DNA from: a virus
Length of the DNA: 64,000 nt
IMG/VR virus record: IMGVR_UViG_3300045988_061855
Reading direction: 5' to 3' (one strand)
The notes under the pieces are model-generated. The model worked only from the letters and a program-made list of their open reading frames with translations. It was not told the origin of the DNA and made no database searches. Shown in pieces: positions 40,609-50,700 of the stretch; the stretch's first letter is position 1; every line of letters starts with the position of its first letter. Both the position numbers and the translations under genes were made by a program.

Positions 40609-41862
40609 ATGGAGTTATCTATTACTGATAGAATGAAGCACGCATTTAATGCGTTTATGAATCGAGACCCTACAGCTTATTATAATAGGAATCTTGGTTC
40701 TAGTTATTCCATACGACCCGACCGACCGAGATTAAGTCGTGGAAATGAGCGTTCAATTATTACTGCAATATTCAATCGAATAGCGATGGATGTGGCAGCA
40801 ATAGATATAACACATTGCAGATTGGATGAGAACAATCGATTCATAGAAAAAATCGATTCCGGACTCAACAATTGTTTGAATCTGGAAGCAAATGTAGACC
40901 AGAGTGGACGAGCATTTATACAGGATGCAGTTATGTCTATGTTAGATGAGGGTGTGGTTGCGCTTGTTCCAGTTGACACTGATTTGAATCCAGCAAGCAC
41001 TGATTCATATGACATACTTACAATGAGAACTGGAAAGATTCTTGAATGGTATCCAGCACATGTCAAAGTAAGGCTTTACAATGACCGTACTGGAGAGAAA
41101 GAAGACCTTATGCTGGCTAAGCGAGACGTGGCAATTATTGAAAATCCATTATTTGCCATAGTCAATGAGCCTAATTCAACGATGCAGCGACTTATGAGAA
41201 AATTAAGTTTACTAGATGTGACAGATGAACAAACGGCATCAGGAAAGCTGGATTTAATCATTCAGTTGCCGTATGTAGTCAAGTCAGAGGCTAGGCGTGA
41301 ACAGGCTAATCAGCGTCGAAAAGATATAGAACAACAGTTGGCAGAAGGTAAATATGGAATTGCATATACCGATGGTACCGAGAAAATCACTCAGCTTAAC
41401 CGTTCAGTAGAAAACAATCTCATGAAACAAGTCGAATACCTGACTAATATGGTATACAGTCAAATAGGCATTACCCAGTCAGTTTTAGACGGAACTGCTG
41501 ATGAAAAAACAATGCTTAACTATAACAACCGAACAGTCGAACCGATTGTATCGGCTATCGTTGATGAGCTGAAGCGTAAGTTCCTTACAAAAACAGCTCG
41601 TACTCAGCTGCAATCAATATCGTTCTTTAGAGACCCATTTAAACTGGTTCCAGTAAACGATATTGCTGAAATCGCAGATAAATTCACTAGAAATGAAATC
41701 ATGACTTCAAATGAAATTCGCCAGATTGTTGGAATGAAGCCTTCTAATGACCCTAAGGCGGACCAGCTTATTAATAGTAACATTAGTCAGGCTAAAGAAG
41801 ATAATGTTCCTAGTGAGGGAAATGAAGAATATGGAGAAGGAGGAAAAAGTCAAAATGAGTAA
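40609..41862 (+). CDS. portal protein
   Basis: 417 aa immediately after TerL, with an acidic C-terminus. The call is based on position and size. Confidence 0.7.
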   Translation: MELSITDRMKHAFNAFMNRDPTAYYNRNLGSSYSIRPDRPRLSRGNERSIITAIFNRIAMDVAAIDITHCRLDENNRFIEKIDSGLNNCLNLEANVDQSGRAFIQDAVMSMLDEGVVALVPVDTDLNPASTDSYDILTMRTGKILEWYPAHVKVRLYNDRTGEKEDLMLAKRDVAIIENPLFAIVNEPNSTMQRLMRKLSLLDVTDEQTASGKLDLIIQLPYVVKSEARREQANQRRKDIEQQLAEGKYGIAYTDGTEKITQLNRSVENNLMKQVEYLTNMVYSQIGITQSVLDGTADEKTMLNYNNRTVEPIVSAIVDELKRKFLTKTARTQLQSISFFRDPFKLVPVNDIAEIADKFTRNEIMTSNEIRQIVGMKPSNDPKADQLINSNISQAKEDNVPSEGNEEYGEGGKSQNE

Positions 41863-43654
41863 CTACGATTTTAGTGGCTATGCTACTAGAAATGACTTGC
41901 TGTGTCAGGATGGTCGAACAATACGACAGAATGCATTCGTTGATAACGATGGCTGTGAGGTTCCGCTTGTGTGGAACCATGAACACAATGACCCTAATGC
42001 TGTATTAGGACATGCGGTATTGGAAAATCGTAAAGATGGTGTTTATGCATACGGTATGTTCAATGATACTGAACAGGGGCAGATGGCGAAGAAACTGGTT
42101 CAGAAAGGCGATGTTAAATCATTGTCGATATGGGCAAATCAGTTAAAGCAGATAGGTAATGATGTAATCCACGGAAACATCAGGGAACTCAGTCTTGTAT
42201 TGGCTGGAGCGAACCCAGGTGCGTACGTGGATTTTGTTATGGCTCACAGTGTTGATGAAGAGGATACATTATACGCTTCGTATGATGAGAATATCATGCT
42301 TTATCACTCGGCTGATGAGTCAGAGAAAAAGGAGGACAAGCAGGAAATGGCAGACAACGCAAAGTCACAGGAAGACAACAGCGATGATAAGACTGTTGAA
42401 GATGTAATCAACACAATGAATGAAGAACAGAAGAATGTTCTTTATACACTTATTGGAATGGCTCGAGAAGATGGAGCTGATGATGAAGATGAAAAAGGAG
42501 GAAATGGAAACATGAAACATAATGTTTTCGACAATGAAGGTGATACAAGGCAGTCTAATGTTCTTAGTCACTCAGATGAGCAGCAGATTATTTCACTTGC
42601 TAAGCAGACAGGTGTTGGAAGTCTTAAAGCTGCTATGGAAATCTTTGCAGAAGAGAGCGGTACATTAGCTCATGGTGTGTTTGGAGATGAAACAGAGAAG
42701 TTATTCCCAGAATATGAGCTTCTTAAGAAGGGTGAGCCAGAAACACTCGAGAGAGATCAGAGCTGGATTGGACATGTAATTTCTGGTATTCATAAGAGTC
42801 CAATTAGTAGAATCAGAACAAGACAGGCTGATGCTCGTATTGCTGAACTCAGAGCCAAGGGATATCAGAAGAAGGGTTCTTATAAGCAGGAAATGGCCGA
42901 CATCAAGCTTATTGGAAGAACAACCGATCCACAGACAATATTTATCAAAGCAGATATGCACAGAGATGATATTACTGATATCGTAGATTTTGATGTTGTA
43001 GGATATCAGTGGAGACTCATGAGACATATTCTTCTTGAGGAACTTGCTATTGCTGCTTTAATTGGCGATAGTAGAGATGAGGCTGACCCAGATAAAATTC
43101 ATGAAGAGCATATTCGTTCTATTTGGAATGATGACGACCTTTATTGTATTCATCAGTCAATCGATTATGAAAAGATGAAGACGAAGCTCAATGGTACTAA
43201 TACTGGGGCTAACTTCGGAGAAGAATACATTAAGGCTGAAGCAACAATTGCCGCAGCACTTTATGCAAGAGAAAAGTATAAGGGTTCGGGTAGCCTTGAT
43301 TACTACTGCACACCACATGCACTTAATGTTATGTTACTCGCTAGAGATCTTAACGGTAGAAGAATCTACTCTTCAAAGGCTGACCTTGCAGCAGCACTTA
43401 ATGTAGAAAATATCTACACCGTAGAGCAGTTTGAGGGAAAGACAAGAGAAGTAACTTCAGGCGGAACTAAGAAGCTTGTAGGTCTCTTTGTTAATCTTGG
43501 AGACTATCAGTTTGGTTCCACAAAGGGTGGTGAAATCACAAAGTTTGACGACTTTGATATGGATTTCAATAGATACAAGTATATGCTTGAAACAAGACTC
43601 TCAGGTTCATTAACAAAGCTGTATTCAGCTATTGCGCTTGAAGAAGATGCCTAA
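41855..43654 (+). CDS. prohead protease (HK97 S78-like) fused to a scaffold-like linker and the major capsid protein
   Basis: ATG at 41855 follows GGAGAAGGAGG. The N-terminal VPLVWNHEHNDPNAVLGH...GDVKSLSIWAN is protease-like. An acidic linker spans aa ~165-250. A ~350-aa capsid-like domain forms the C-terminus. No separate protease, scaffold or MCP gene is present. Confidence 0.65.
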   Translation: MSNYDFSGYATRNDLLCQDGRTIRQNAFVDNDGCEVPLVWNHEHNDPNAVLGHAVLENRKDGVYAYGMFNDTEQGQMAKKLVQKGDVKSLSIWANQLKQIGNDVIHGNIRELSLVLAGANPGAYVDFVMAHSVDEEDTLYASYDENIMLYHSADESEKKEDKQEMADNAKSQEDNSDDKTVEDVINTMNEEQKNVLYTLIGMAREDGADDEDEKGGNGNMKHNVFDNEGDTRQSNVLSHSDEQQIISLAKQTGVGSLKAAMEIFAEESGTLAHGVFGDETEKLFPEYELLKKGEPETLERDQSWIGHVISGIHKSPISRIRTRQADARIAELRAKGYQKKGSYKQEMADIKLIGRTTDPQTIFIKADMHRDDITDIVDFDVVGYQWRLMRHILLEELAIAALIGDSRDEADPDKIHEEHIRSIWNDDDLYCIHQSIDYEKMKTKLNGTNTGANFGEEYIKAEATIAAALYAREKYKGSGSLDYYCTPHALNVMLLARDLNGRRIYSSKADLAAALNVENIYTVEQFEGKTREVTSGGTKKLVGLFVNLGDYQFGSTKGGEITKFDDFDMDFNRYKYMLETRLSGSLTKLYSAIALEEDA

Positions 43655-43687
43655 TAAGTCTAAAAAAGTAAATAAGTAGGAGGAAGA

Positions 43688-43972
43688 ATGATGGATAGAG
43701 TATTTCACCATGATGACAGCATGTATGTTGCTGTAAATAAGGTCTATACAAAGGCTGACGGAGTTGCTTATTCGGATGCAGAGTGCAAGGTATCAATCGA
43801 TGCTGAAACTCTTGAAAAGCTGTTCTTAGAAGGAATGGTTGTAGTAGTTGATGGCGCTTCTTATAAGCCAATCAGCTGCAAAGTTGCATCAAAGGTAGCA
43901 ACAGTTACATATGTAACAGCTGACAGTTCTGCGGCTACAACAGCTAAGCTCGCAACAGTTAAGTCTAAGTAG
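43688..43972 (+). CDS. small head-associated hypothetical protein
   Basis: 94 aa with an AGGAGGAAG RBS. Confidence 0.6.
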   Translation: MMDRVFHHDDSMYVAVNKVYTKADGVAYSDAECKVSIDAETLEKLFLEGMVVVVDGASYKPISCKVASKVATVTYVTADSSAATTAKLATVKSK

Positions 43973-43987
43973 TCGGAGGATAAAAAG

Positions 43988-44314
43988 ATGAGTAAATGGA
44001 CTGGAAAGGTTGGATTTGCAGTTAACGGTGAAGTTGAGCCTGGATTATGGGTAGATGAAGTAGTTGAGAAAGTGTATAAAGGCGAACTGCTTAGTGATAG
44101 ATGGAGACGACAGAATTCCATTGGAATTAATGACAACATCAACTTATTGAATTCCATAAGCATAATTGCAAATCCATATGCTTTTGAGCATTGCTCATCG
44201 ATTGCTTATGTTGAAATCAAGGGGGAGAAATGGAAAGTAACTGATATAGATGCTTCCACTCCTCCTAGATTAATACTGACTGTAGGGGGTGTATACAATG
44301 GCGAGCAGGCTTGA
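43988..44314 (+). CDS. head-tail joining module protein (hypothetical)
   Basis: 108 aa with a GGAGGA RBS. Confidence 0.6.
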   Translation: MSKWTGKVGFAVNGEVEPGLWVDEVVEKVYKGELLSDRWRRQNSIGINDNINLLNSISIIANPYAFEHCSSIAYVEIKGEKWKVTDIDASTPPRLILTVGGVYNGEQA

Positions 44315-44603
44315 ATTGCAGACAAAACTTGAAGAGTTATTGGGAACTAGGCATGTGTATTATCAATCCCCCGCCTCAGTCAAAATGGAGTATCCAGCTA
44401 TAGTGTATTCACTGAACAACAGAGATATAAGAAAAGCGGATAACTCAGTATATACAGCAAACACAAGATATACAGTCACGGTAATTGATAAACGACCAGA
44501 TAATTCAGTAATCGATAAGTTACTAGGATTACAGTATTGCTCATATGACAGGCAGTATATAGCTGACAACCTTTACCATGACGTATTAACACTATATTTT
44601 TAA
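44298..44603 (+). CDS. head-tail joining module protein (hypothetical)
   Basis: MASRLELQTKLEELLG..VYYQSPASVKMEYPAIVY. Confidence 0.6.
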   Translation: MASRLELQTKLEELLGTRHVYYQSPASVKMEYPAIVYSLNNRDIRKADNSVYTANTRYTVTVIDKRPDNSVIDKLLGLQYCSYDRQYIADNLYHDVLTLYF

Positions 44604-44616
44604 TGGAGGAATATAA

Positions 44617-45279
44617 ATGGCTAAGTTAAAGTGGGACGTTTCTGGGGAACGTTCGTATGAAACAGGTATTAGCAATGGCGTATTATATGTTCAGGATGAG
44701 AACGGAAAGTATCCAAAGGGTGTTGTTTGGGACGGTTTAATATCAGTTACAGAGAGTCCATCCGGAGCTGAACCAACAGCATTATACGCTGATAATATTA
44801 AGTATCTTAACCTCTTATCTACAGAGGAGTTTAGTGCGACAATTGAAGCTTATAAGTCACCAGCTGAGTTCGATGAGTGTGATGGTTCAAAGGCTGTTGC
44901 TGAAGGCGTTACTTTTGGTCAGCAGGATAGAAAGCAGTTTGGATTTGCTTATAAGACTATTCTTGGTAACGATATTGATAAGAATAACCATGGATATAAG
45001 TTACATCTTATATATGGAGCATTGGCTGCACCATCAGAGAAACCCTACAACACAGTTAATGATAGTCCAGAGGCTATTACATTATCATGGGAGGTTTCAA
45101 CAACTCCTGTTGAGGTTGAAGGTTTTAAGCCAACAGCAACAGTTACTATTGACAGTACAAAGGTTGACGCTCAGAAGCTTAAGAAGCTTGAAGACATTCT
45201 CTTCGGTGCAGATGCTGGAGATGGTCCAAGACTTCCGCTTCCTGATGAAATAGTAACTCTCATGAAAGCAGCAGAATAA
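44617..45279 (+). CDS. major tail protein
   Basis: 220 aa with a GGAGGA RBS. It is followed by a strong terminator and then the chaperone genes. Confidence 0.7.
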   Translation: MAKLKWDVSGERSYETGISNGVLYVQDENGKYPKGVVWDGLISVTESPSGAEPTALYADNIKYLNLLSTEEFSATIEAYKSPAEFDECDGSKAVAEGVTFGQQDRKQFGFAYKTILGNDIDKNNHGYKLHLIYGALAAPSEKPYNTVNDSPEAITLSWEVSTTPVEVEGFKPTATVTIDSTKVDAQKLKKLEDILFGADAGDGPRLPLPDEIVTLMKAAE

Positions 45280-45301
45280 TAAGAATATTATGATCATTTT
45301 T

Positions 45302-45334
45302 GACTCCGCTTGAAATATAGCGGGGTCTTTTTTT
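45302..45334 (+). terminator. rho-independent terminator after the major tail gene
   Basis: GACTCCGCT-N8-AGCGGGGTC plus T7. Confidence 0.75.
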
Positions 45335-45357
45335 ATTTAGGAAGGAGAATTTACGAT

Positions 45358-45771
45358 ATGTTAAAGATTACAAAAACATATGAAGATTGGAATGATACAG
45401 AAAGAACCGAGGACTTTTATTTTAATCTTACTGAGGCCGAGATTACAGAGCTTCAGATTGGTACAGTTGGCGGATTCGCAGAAACAATTGAGAAGATAGT
45501 TAATGCAAAGGACCAGTCTGAACTTATTAAGATTTTCAAGGAACTTGTTCTTATGGCATACGGTAAGAAATCAGCAGATGGTAAGAGATTTATGAAAGAT
45601 GATGATACCAAGAAGGAATTTGTGGAGAATCCAGCTTATTCTATTATCTTCATGGAACTGGTATCAGATGCAGAAAAGGCTGCTGAATTTATTAACGGCA
45701 TTATGCCAAAGAGTATTGATAAAGCCGAACTCCAGAAGAAAACTAATGAGTTAATGGCTAAGTATAACTAA
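45358..45771 (+). CDS. tail assembly chaperone (gpG-like)
   Basis: ATG at 45358 follows GGAAGGAG. 137 aa, acidic; the call is based on position. Confidence 0.6.
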   Translation: MLKITKTYEDWNDTERTEDFYFNLTEAEITELQIGTVGGFAETIEKIVNAKDQSELIKIFKELVLMAYGKKSADGKRFMKDDDTKKEFVENPAYSIIFMELVSDAEKAAEFINGIMPKSIDKAELQKKTNELMAKYN

Positions 45772-45794
45772 GAAAAATCAGGGAGGTAAGAGAT

Positions 45795-46346
45795 ATGCTT
45801 CAGATAGTTGTTCCACCACCTTTATTAGAAGAATGGGATGAGTTGAGGGAAGAATTTGTATATCACGAATCTGGTAAGCCGTATGTGCTACAACTTGAAC
45901 ATTCTCTTATCTCACTTTCAAAATGGGAAGAAAAGCATTGTAAGCCATTCATATCATCAGAGAAAAACGAAGAAGAGAATCTGGATTACATCCGATGTAT
46001 GACACTTACACCGCATGTTCCTGATGAAATATATGACCGCTTAACAAAAGAAAATATAAAAGAAATTTTAGACTACATTGAAGCTCCGATGACTGCCACT
46101 ACTTTTTCAGATAGAGGACCTAAAACCCCTAGCCGAGAAAAAGTGACCGCGGAGCTTATTTATTATTGGATGATTAAATGTCAGATACCTATTGAGTTTC
46201 AGAAATGGCATCTCAATAAGTTAATAACATTAATACGGGTTTGTGAAGTAAAAGATTCACCGCCTAAGAAGCATAGTCAACGGGAATTACTTAATCATCA
46301 TGCTGCTGTAAATGCAGCAAGACGAAAAGCACACACGAAAGGATGA
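45795..46346 (+). CDS. tail assembly protein (gpT-position) with its own start
   Basis: 183 aa with a GGGAGG RBS. Contains LEHSLISLSKWEEKHCKPF. Confidence 0.55.
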   Translation: MLQIVVPPPLLEEWDELREEFVYHESGKPYVLQLEHSLISLSKWEEKHCKPFISSEKNEEENLDYIRCMTLTPHVPDEIYDRLTKENIKEILDYIEAPMTATTFSDRGPKTPSREKVTAELIYYWMIKCQIPIEFQKWHLNKLITLIRVCEVKDSPPKKHSQRELLNHHAAVNAARRKAHTKG

Positions 46347-46351
46347 TTATT

Positions 46352-47365
46352 ATGGAATTTTATGGAATTGATGTATCACATTATCAGGGAAATATAGATT
46401 GGAACGCAGTAGCTAAGACTGGTATTAATTTTGCATTTGTAAAAGCTGGTGGTTCAGAAGATGGAATCTATACAGAATCAATGTTTGAAAAGAATTATGC
46501 CGGAGCTAAGGCAGCCGGATTAAATGTAGGAGCCTATTATTTTCCAGGTTCTAATTTTACATCAGAAGAAGCAGGAATCGCCGATGCTAGACGTTTCTTG
46601 GATATCATCGCTGGTAAGACATTTGAAATGCCTGTAGCTCTTGATTTGGAAGGCACTAAACCGGAAGATAAAGATGGAGCTACCATAGCTACCATAGCAT
46701 TTTGCAAGATTATGGAAGCTGCTGGCTATTATGTAATGATTTATGGCGGCGACATATTCAGCTTCAACGATCGTTTAAATCTTGGTGAATTAGACGAATT
46801 CGATAAGTGGGTTGCCAGATATGGCTCAGAACCACAGTATGTAAAGGAATATGGAATTTGGCAGTATTCATCAACTGATTATGTTGACGGTATTACAGAA
46901 AATACAGTTGATAAGGATGTAGCATATAAGAACTATCCAGAAATTATCAAGAATGCTGGACTTAATGGTTTTTCATCAGATGCTGTAGATGAACCAGAAA
47001 ATGAGACTCCAGATGAACCTGCTATTGAAGAGCCAGAAGAATCGTCAGATGAACCAGTCACTTATGTAATACAGTCTGGTGACACATTATCTGAAATCGC
47101 TGCAAGATACAATACAACGGTAGATGAACTGGTTGAATTAAATGGAATTGATAACCCGGATTTAATTTATCCTGGAAATGAAATCACTGTTAAGGCAGGT
47201 TCTTCGAGGGATGATGACTGTGATGTAGCATATCAGGTTAGACCTGGTGACACATTATCTGAAATTGCTGCAAGATACAATACAACAGTTGGGAGATTAG
47301 TAGAGGTTAATGGAATTGATAACCCGGATTTAATTTATCCTGACACTATATTAAAAATTAAATAA
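46352..47365 (+). CDS. endolysin: GH25 muramidase plus two LysM domains
   Basis: YGIDVSHYQGNIDWNAVAKTGINFAFVKA is GH25-like. Two LysM repeats read GDTLSEIAARYNTTV..L.E.NGIDNPDLIYP. The ATG at 46352 has better RBS spacing than the one at 46343. Confidence 0.85.
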   Translation: MEFYGIDVSHYQGNIDWNAVAKTGINFAFVKAGGSEDGIYTESMFEKNYAGAKAAGLNVGAYYFPGSNFTSEEAGIADARRFLDIIAGKTFEMPVALDLEGTKPEDKDGATIATIAFCKIMEAAGYYVMIYGGDIFSFNDRLNLGELDEFDKWVARYGSEPQYVKEYGIWQYSSTDYVDGITENTVDKDVAYKNYPEIIKNAGLNGFSSDAVDEPENETPDEPAIEEPEESSDEPVTYVIQSGDTLSEIAARYNTTVDELVELNGIDNPDLIYPGNEITVKAGSSRDDDCDVAYQVRPGDTLSEIAARYNTTVGRLVEVNGIDNPDLIYPDTILKIK

Positions 47366-47378
47366 TAAAGGTATAACT

Positions 47379-47756
47379 ATGATTAGCTTCAGACAAAAGG
47401 GCGACTTTTCGAAGTTGAATAAATACTTTGAAAGGGTTAGAGAGGCTGCTCGAATCGGCGTATTAGACAAGTATGGTCGAGAGGGAGTGGCAGCCCTTGC
47501 GTCTGCTACACCTATAGACACAGGAGTAACCGCCAATTCGTGGTATTACGAGATAAATCGTCAAAATGGAAGTGTTTCAATCGAGTTTAAAAATTCGAAT
47601 ATAAACAATGGTGTTCCTATAGCAATAATTTTGCAATATGGACATGCCACTGGAAACGGAGGCTGGGTTCAGGGTCGAGATTATATTAATCCTGCTATCC
47701 AGCCTATTTTTGACGCAATCGCAGATAACGCTTGGAGGGAGGTTACTAAAGCATGA
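47379..47756 (+). CDS. HK97 gp10-like head-tail/tail component
   Basis: 125 aa. ...ASATPIDTGVTANSWYYEI... is typical of the gp10 family. Confidence 0.55.
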   Translation: MISFRQKGDFSKLNKYFERVREAARIGVLDKYGREGVAALASATPIDTGVTANSWYYEINRQNGSVSIEFKNSNINNGVPIAIILQYGHATGNGGWVQGRDYINPAIQPIFDAIADNAWREVTKA

Positions 47757-50700
47757 GTAGCAAAGAAGTTGACGAGCGTGTCGTCGAAATGCGGTTTGAT
47801 AATGCTCAGTTTGAGAAAAATGTTCAGACGAGTATGTCAACATTAGATAAGTTAAAAGCCAAACTTAATTTTAATGGTGTTTCTAAAGGTCTTGAAGATG
47901 TTGGAAATGCCACTAAAAAACTTGAGTTTTCAGGTGTGACTTCTGGTATAGAAGCAGTGCAGGCGAAGCTCTCAGCAATGGAAGTAATAGGTGTTACTGC
48001 ATTGGCTAATATAACTAATTCTGCGGTTAATGCTGGAAAGAGAATTGCATCAGCTATAACCATTGACCCAGTTCGAGATGGTTTTAACGAGTATGAAACT
48101 CAGATGAACGCAGTTCAGACGATTCTGGCGAATACTCAGAAAGAGGGAACAAATGTAAAACAAGTTAATGCTGCACTTGACCAGTTAAATACTTACGCTG
48201 ATAAGACCATATACAATTTTACGGAGATGACACGTAATATTGGTACTTTCACAGCAGCAGGTGTTAAGTTGGATACTTCCGTGTCGGCTATTCAGGGTAT
48301 AGCCAATCTAGCCGCAGTGTCAGGTTCAACATCTCAACAGGCGTCTACTGCCATGTATCAGCTTTCACAGGCTTTGGCATCTGGTACAGTTAAACTTATG
48401 GACTGGAATTCAGTTGTTAATGCAGGCATGGGCGGTCAGGTATTTCAGGATGCATTAATAAGAACATCTGAAAAACTGGGAACCGGTGCAAAAGCATATA
48501 TTGATGCTGCTGGTTCATTTAGAGAATCACTGTCAAAGGGTTGGTTGACGACAGATGTTCTTACTGAGACTTTAGATATGTTTTCTACAGCAGCTGATAC
48601 TGAAGAAGAATATGCAGCTGCTATTCAGAAGTTCGTCAATGAAGGATATTCAGAAGAACAGGCTGTAGATATGGCCAATATGGCTAAAACTGCTGGTGAA
48701 GCAGCAACAAAGGTTAAGACATTTACACAGCTTATAGACACACTCAAGGAGGCACTTGGTTCTGGATGGACAACCACATGGCGATTAATAATTGGTGACT
48801 TCGAAGAGGCTAAGGAACTCTGGACAAATGTTTCAGATGTTCTTAGCAAGTTAATTAACAACGCTTCAGAGGCAAGAAATAAATTAGTAGAGGGAGTTAT
48901 GTCTTTTAACCCTTTTACTAATATGCTTAATAAACTCGAGAATTCTGACATTGGAAAAACTGTTAAACAGATAAATAATTTAACAAATAGTCTCGAATAT
49001 TATCAGAAAGCAGTAACTGATGTATGGAAAGGTGATTATAAGAATTCTGATACAGGACGATATGAATTGCTTGATGAAGCTGGATATAATCATCAAGTTA
49101 TACAGGATTTAGTTAATAAAGGTTATGAATATGAACTTACAGTAGAAGATGTGCAGGAAGCGGAAGCTAAGTTTGCAGATTCATTAGGCGACTCTACTGA
49201 AGAAATTCAAAATGAATCTAAGCAATTGGCGAAGCTTTCAGATGAACAGTTAAGCCATGCTGGTTTGACCGATGATGAGATTTCTATGTATAGAGATTTG
49301 GAAAAACAGTCTGAGAAAACTGGCAAATCTATAGAAGAACTCATTAACGATATGAGTGCGAAGGATGGCAGAACTTTATTATGGGATGGATTTGGTAATA
49401 TTGGAGAAACTCTCATAATTACATTTACAGCCATAAAGGATGCATTTTCTGAGATATTCCCAGCGCCATCCGTTGCTAAGATTTATGGTGTTATCGATGG
49501 ATTTAATGCACTTACTGAAAAGATGAAAGAATTCAGTAGCACACATGCATATGATGTAGAGCAGACTTTCAAAGGATTGTTTGCAGTAATTGATATTGTG
49601 CGAATGGTTTTAAGTTCCGGTCTTACAGTTGCATTTAAAGCATTGAAAGGAATCCTTAGTGCATTTGATATAGACATCATTGAATTTACAGGTTACATAG
49701 GTGAAGCACTTGTTAATCTTCGTAATTGGTTGAAAAACAATGATTACATCGAGAAATCTTTCAAGAAAGTAGGAGAAGGTTTAAAAGTTGTAATCGACGG
49801 AATAAAGAAACTTATAGATTTACTTAAAAAATCGCCAAGAATTCAGAAATTTGTTGATATTATAAAAGATATTGACCTAAAAGAAGCTGGCGGATTTGTC
49901 GTTGAAGGTCTTAAGAAAGGCTTATCGTCAGGATTAACCATTATTCCAGATATGCTGAAAGATATAGGTTTAAAACTATTATCAGCATTTGAGAAAGTGC
50001 TTAGAATTGCTTCCCCATCTAAAGAGATGGAGGCTGATGGTGAATTTGTAGTTGCTGGATTGGTTAAAGGTATAGAAAACACTGCATCTACAGTATGGGA
50101 TGCAATAAAAGACATTGGTACAAAGATAATTACCAAGTTTAAAGAGATTAAGGTCGGCGAAGCATTAACTAAGGTTATATCAGTTGGTGCTGGCGTTGGA
50201 ATGCTAGCCATCACAAAGAACCTTGTTGACACATTTAAGAATATAACAGCCCCAATGGCTAGTGTTGGTGAATTTATAGAGACACTTGATAAGTCAGTCA
50301 AAAAGACAGCTAAAGCGATAGGTAAGAATCTTAAAGCATCTGCATTTGAGAAGAAAACAGAAGGTGTTCGTAATCTTGCATTGGCACTTTTAGCATTATC
50401 TGCGGCAGTATTTATAATGTCAAAGATAGACACTAAAAAGTTATGGTCTACAGTTGGTGCAATAGGTGTATTGGCTGTAATACTTGTTGGGTTGGCAGTT
50501 GCAATTAGTAAGCTGACAGATTCTGCTGTTGAATTGGATAGCAATAGCAAGACACTTAAGTTAAGTGGGTTAAAAACTACACTCATAAGTATAGGTGTGG
50601 CTCTAGCATTAATGGCGGCAACTGTTAAGATCATGGGAAGTTTAAATCCTGATGCGTATATGCAAGGATTGTTGGGTCTTGTTACTCTTATGGGTGTTAT

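Noticed and set aside
41747-41854. Upstream start for the capsid fusion ORF
   Set aside because: The extension lies inside the portal gene in another frame. GGAGAAGGAGG precedes the ATG at 41855.
44834-45253. 139-aa alternative-frame ORF inside the major tail gene, and similar embedded + strand ORFs (e.g. 1895..2098, 11817..12050, 39791..40111, 54502..54768, 57015..57269)
   Set aside because: They are fully nested in longer, better-supported ORFs. They lack RBSs and have biased, low-complexity translations.
45700-45800. Programmed -1 frameshift (G/GT) between the two tail chaperone ORFs
   Set aside because: The -1 frame has a stop at 45765-45767, only 2 nt before the stop codon of the upstream ORF, so no slippery-site window exists. 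The second ORF has its own RBS and ATG.
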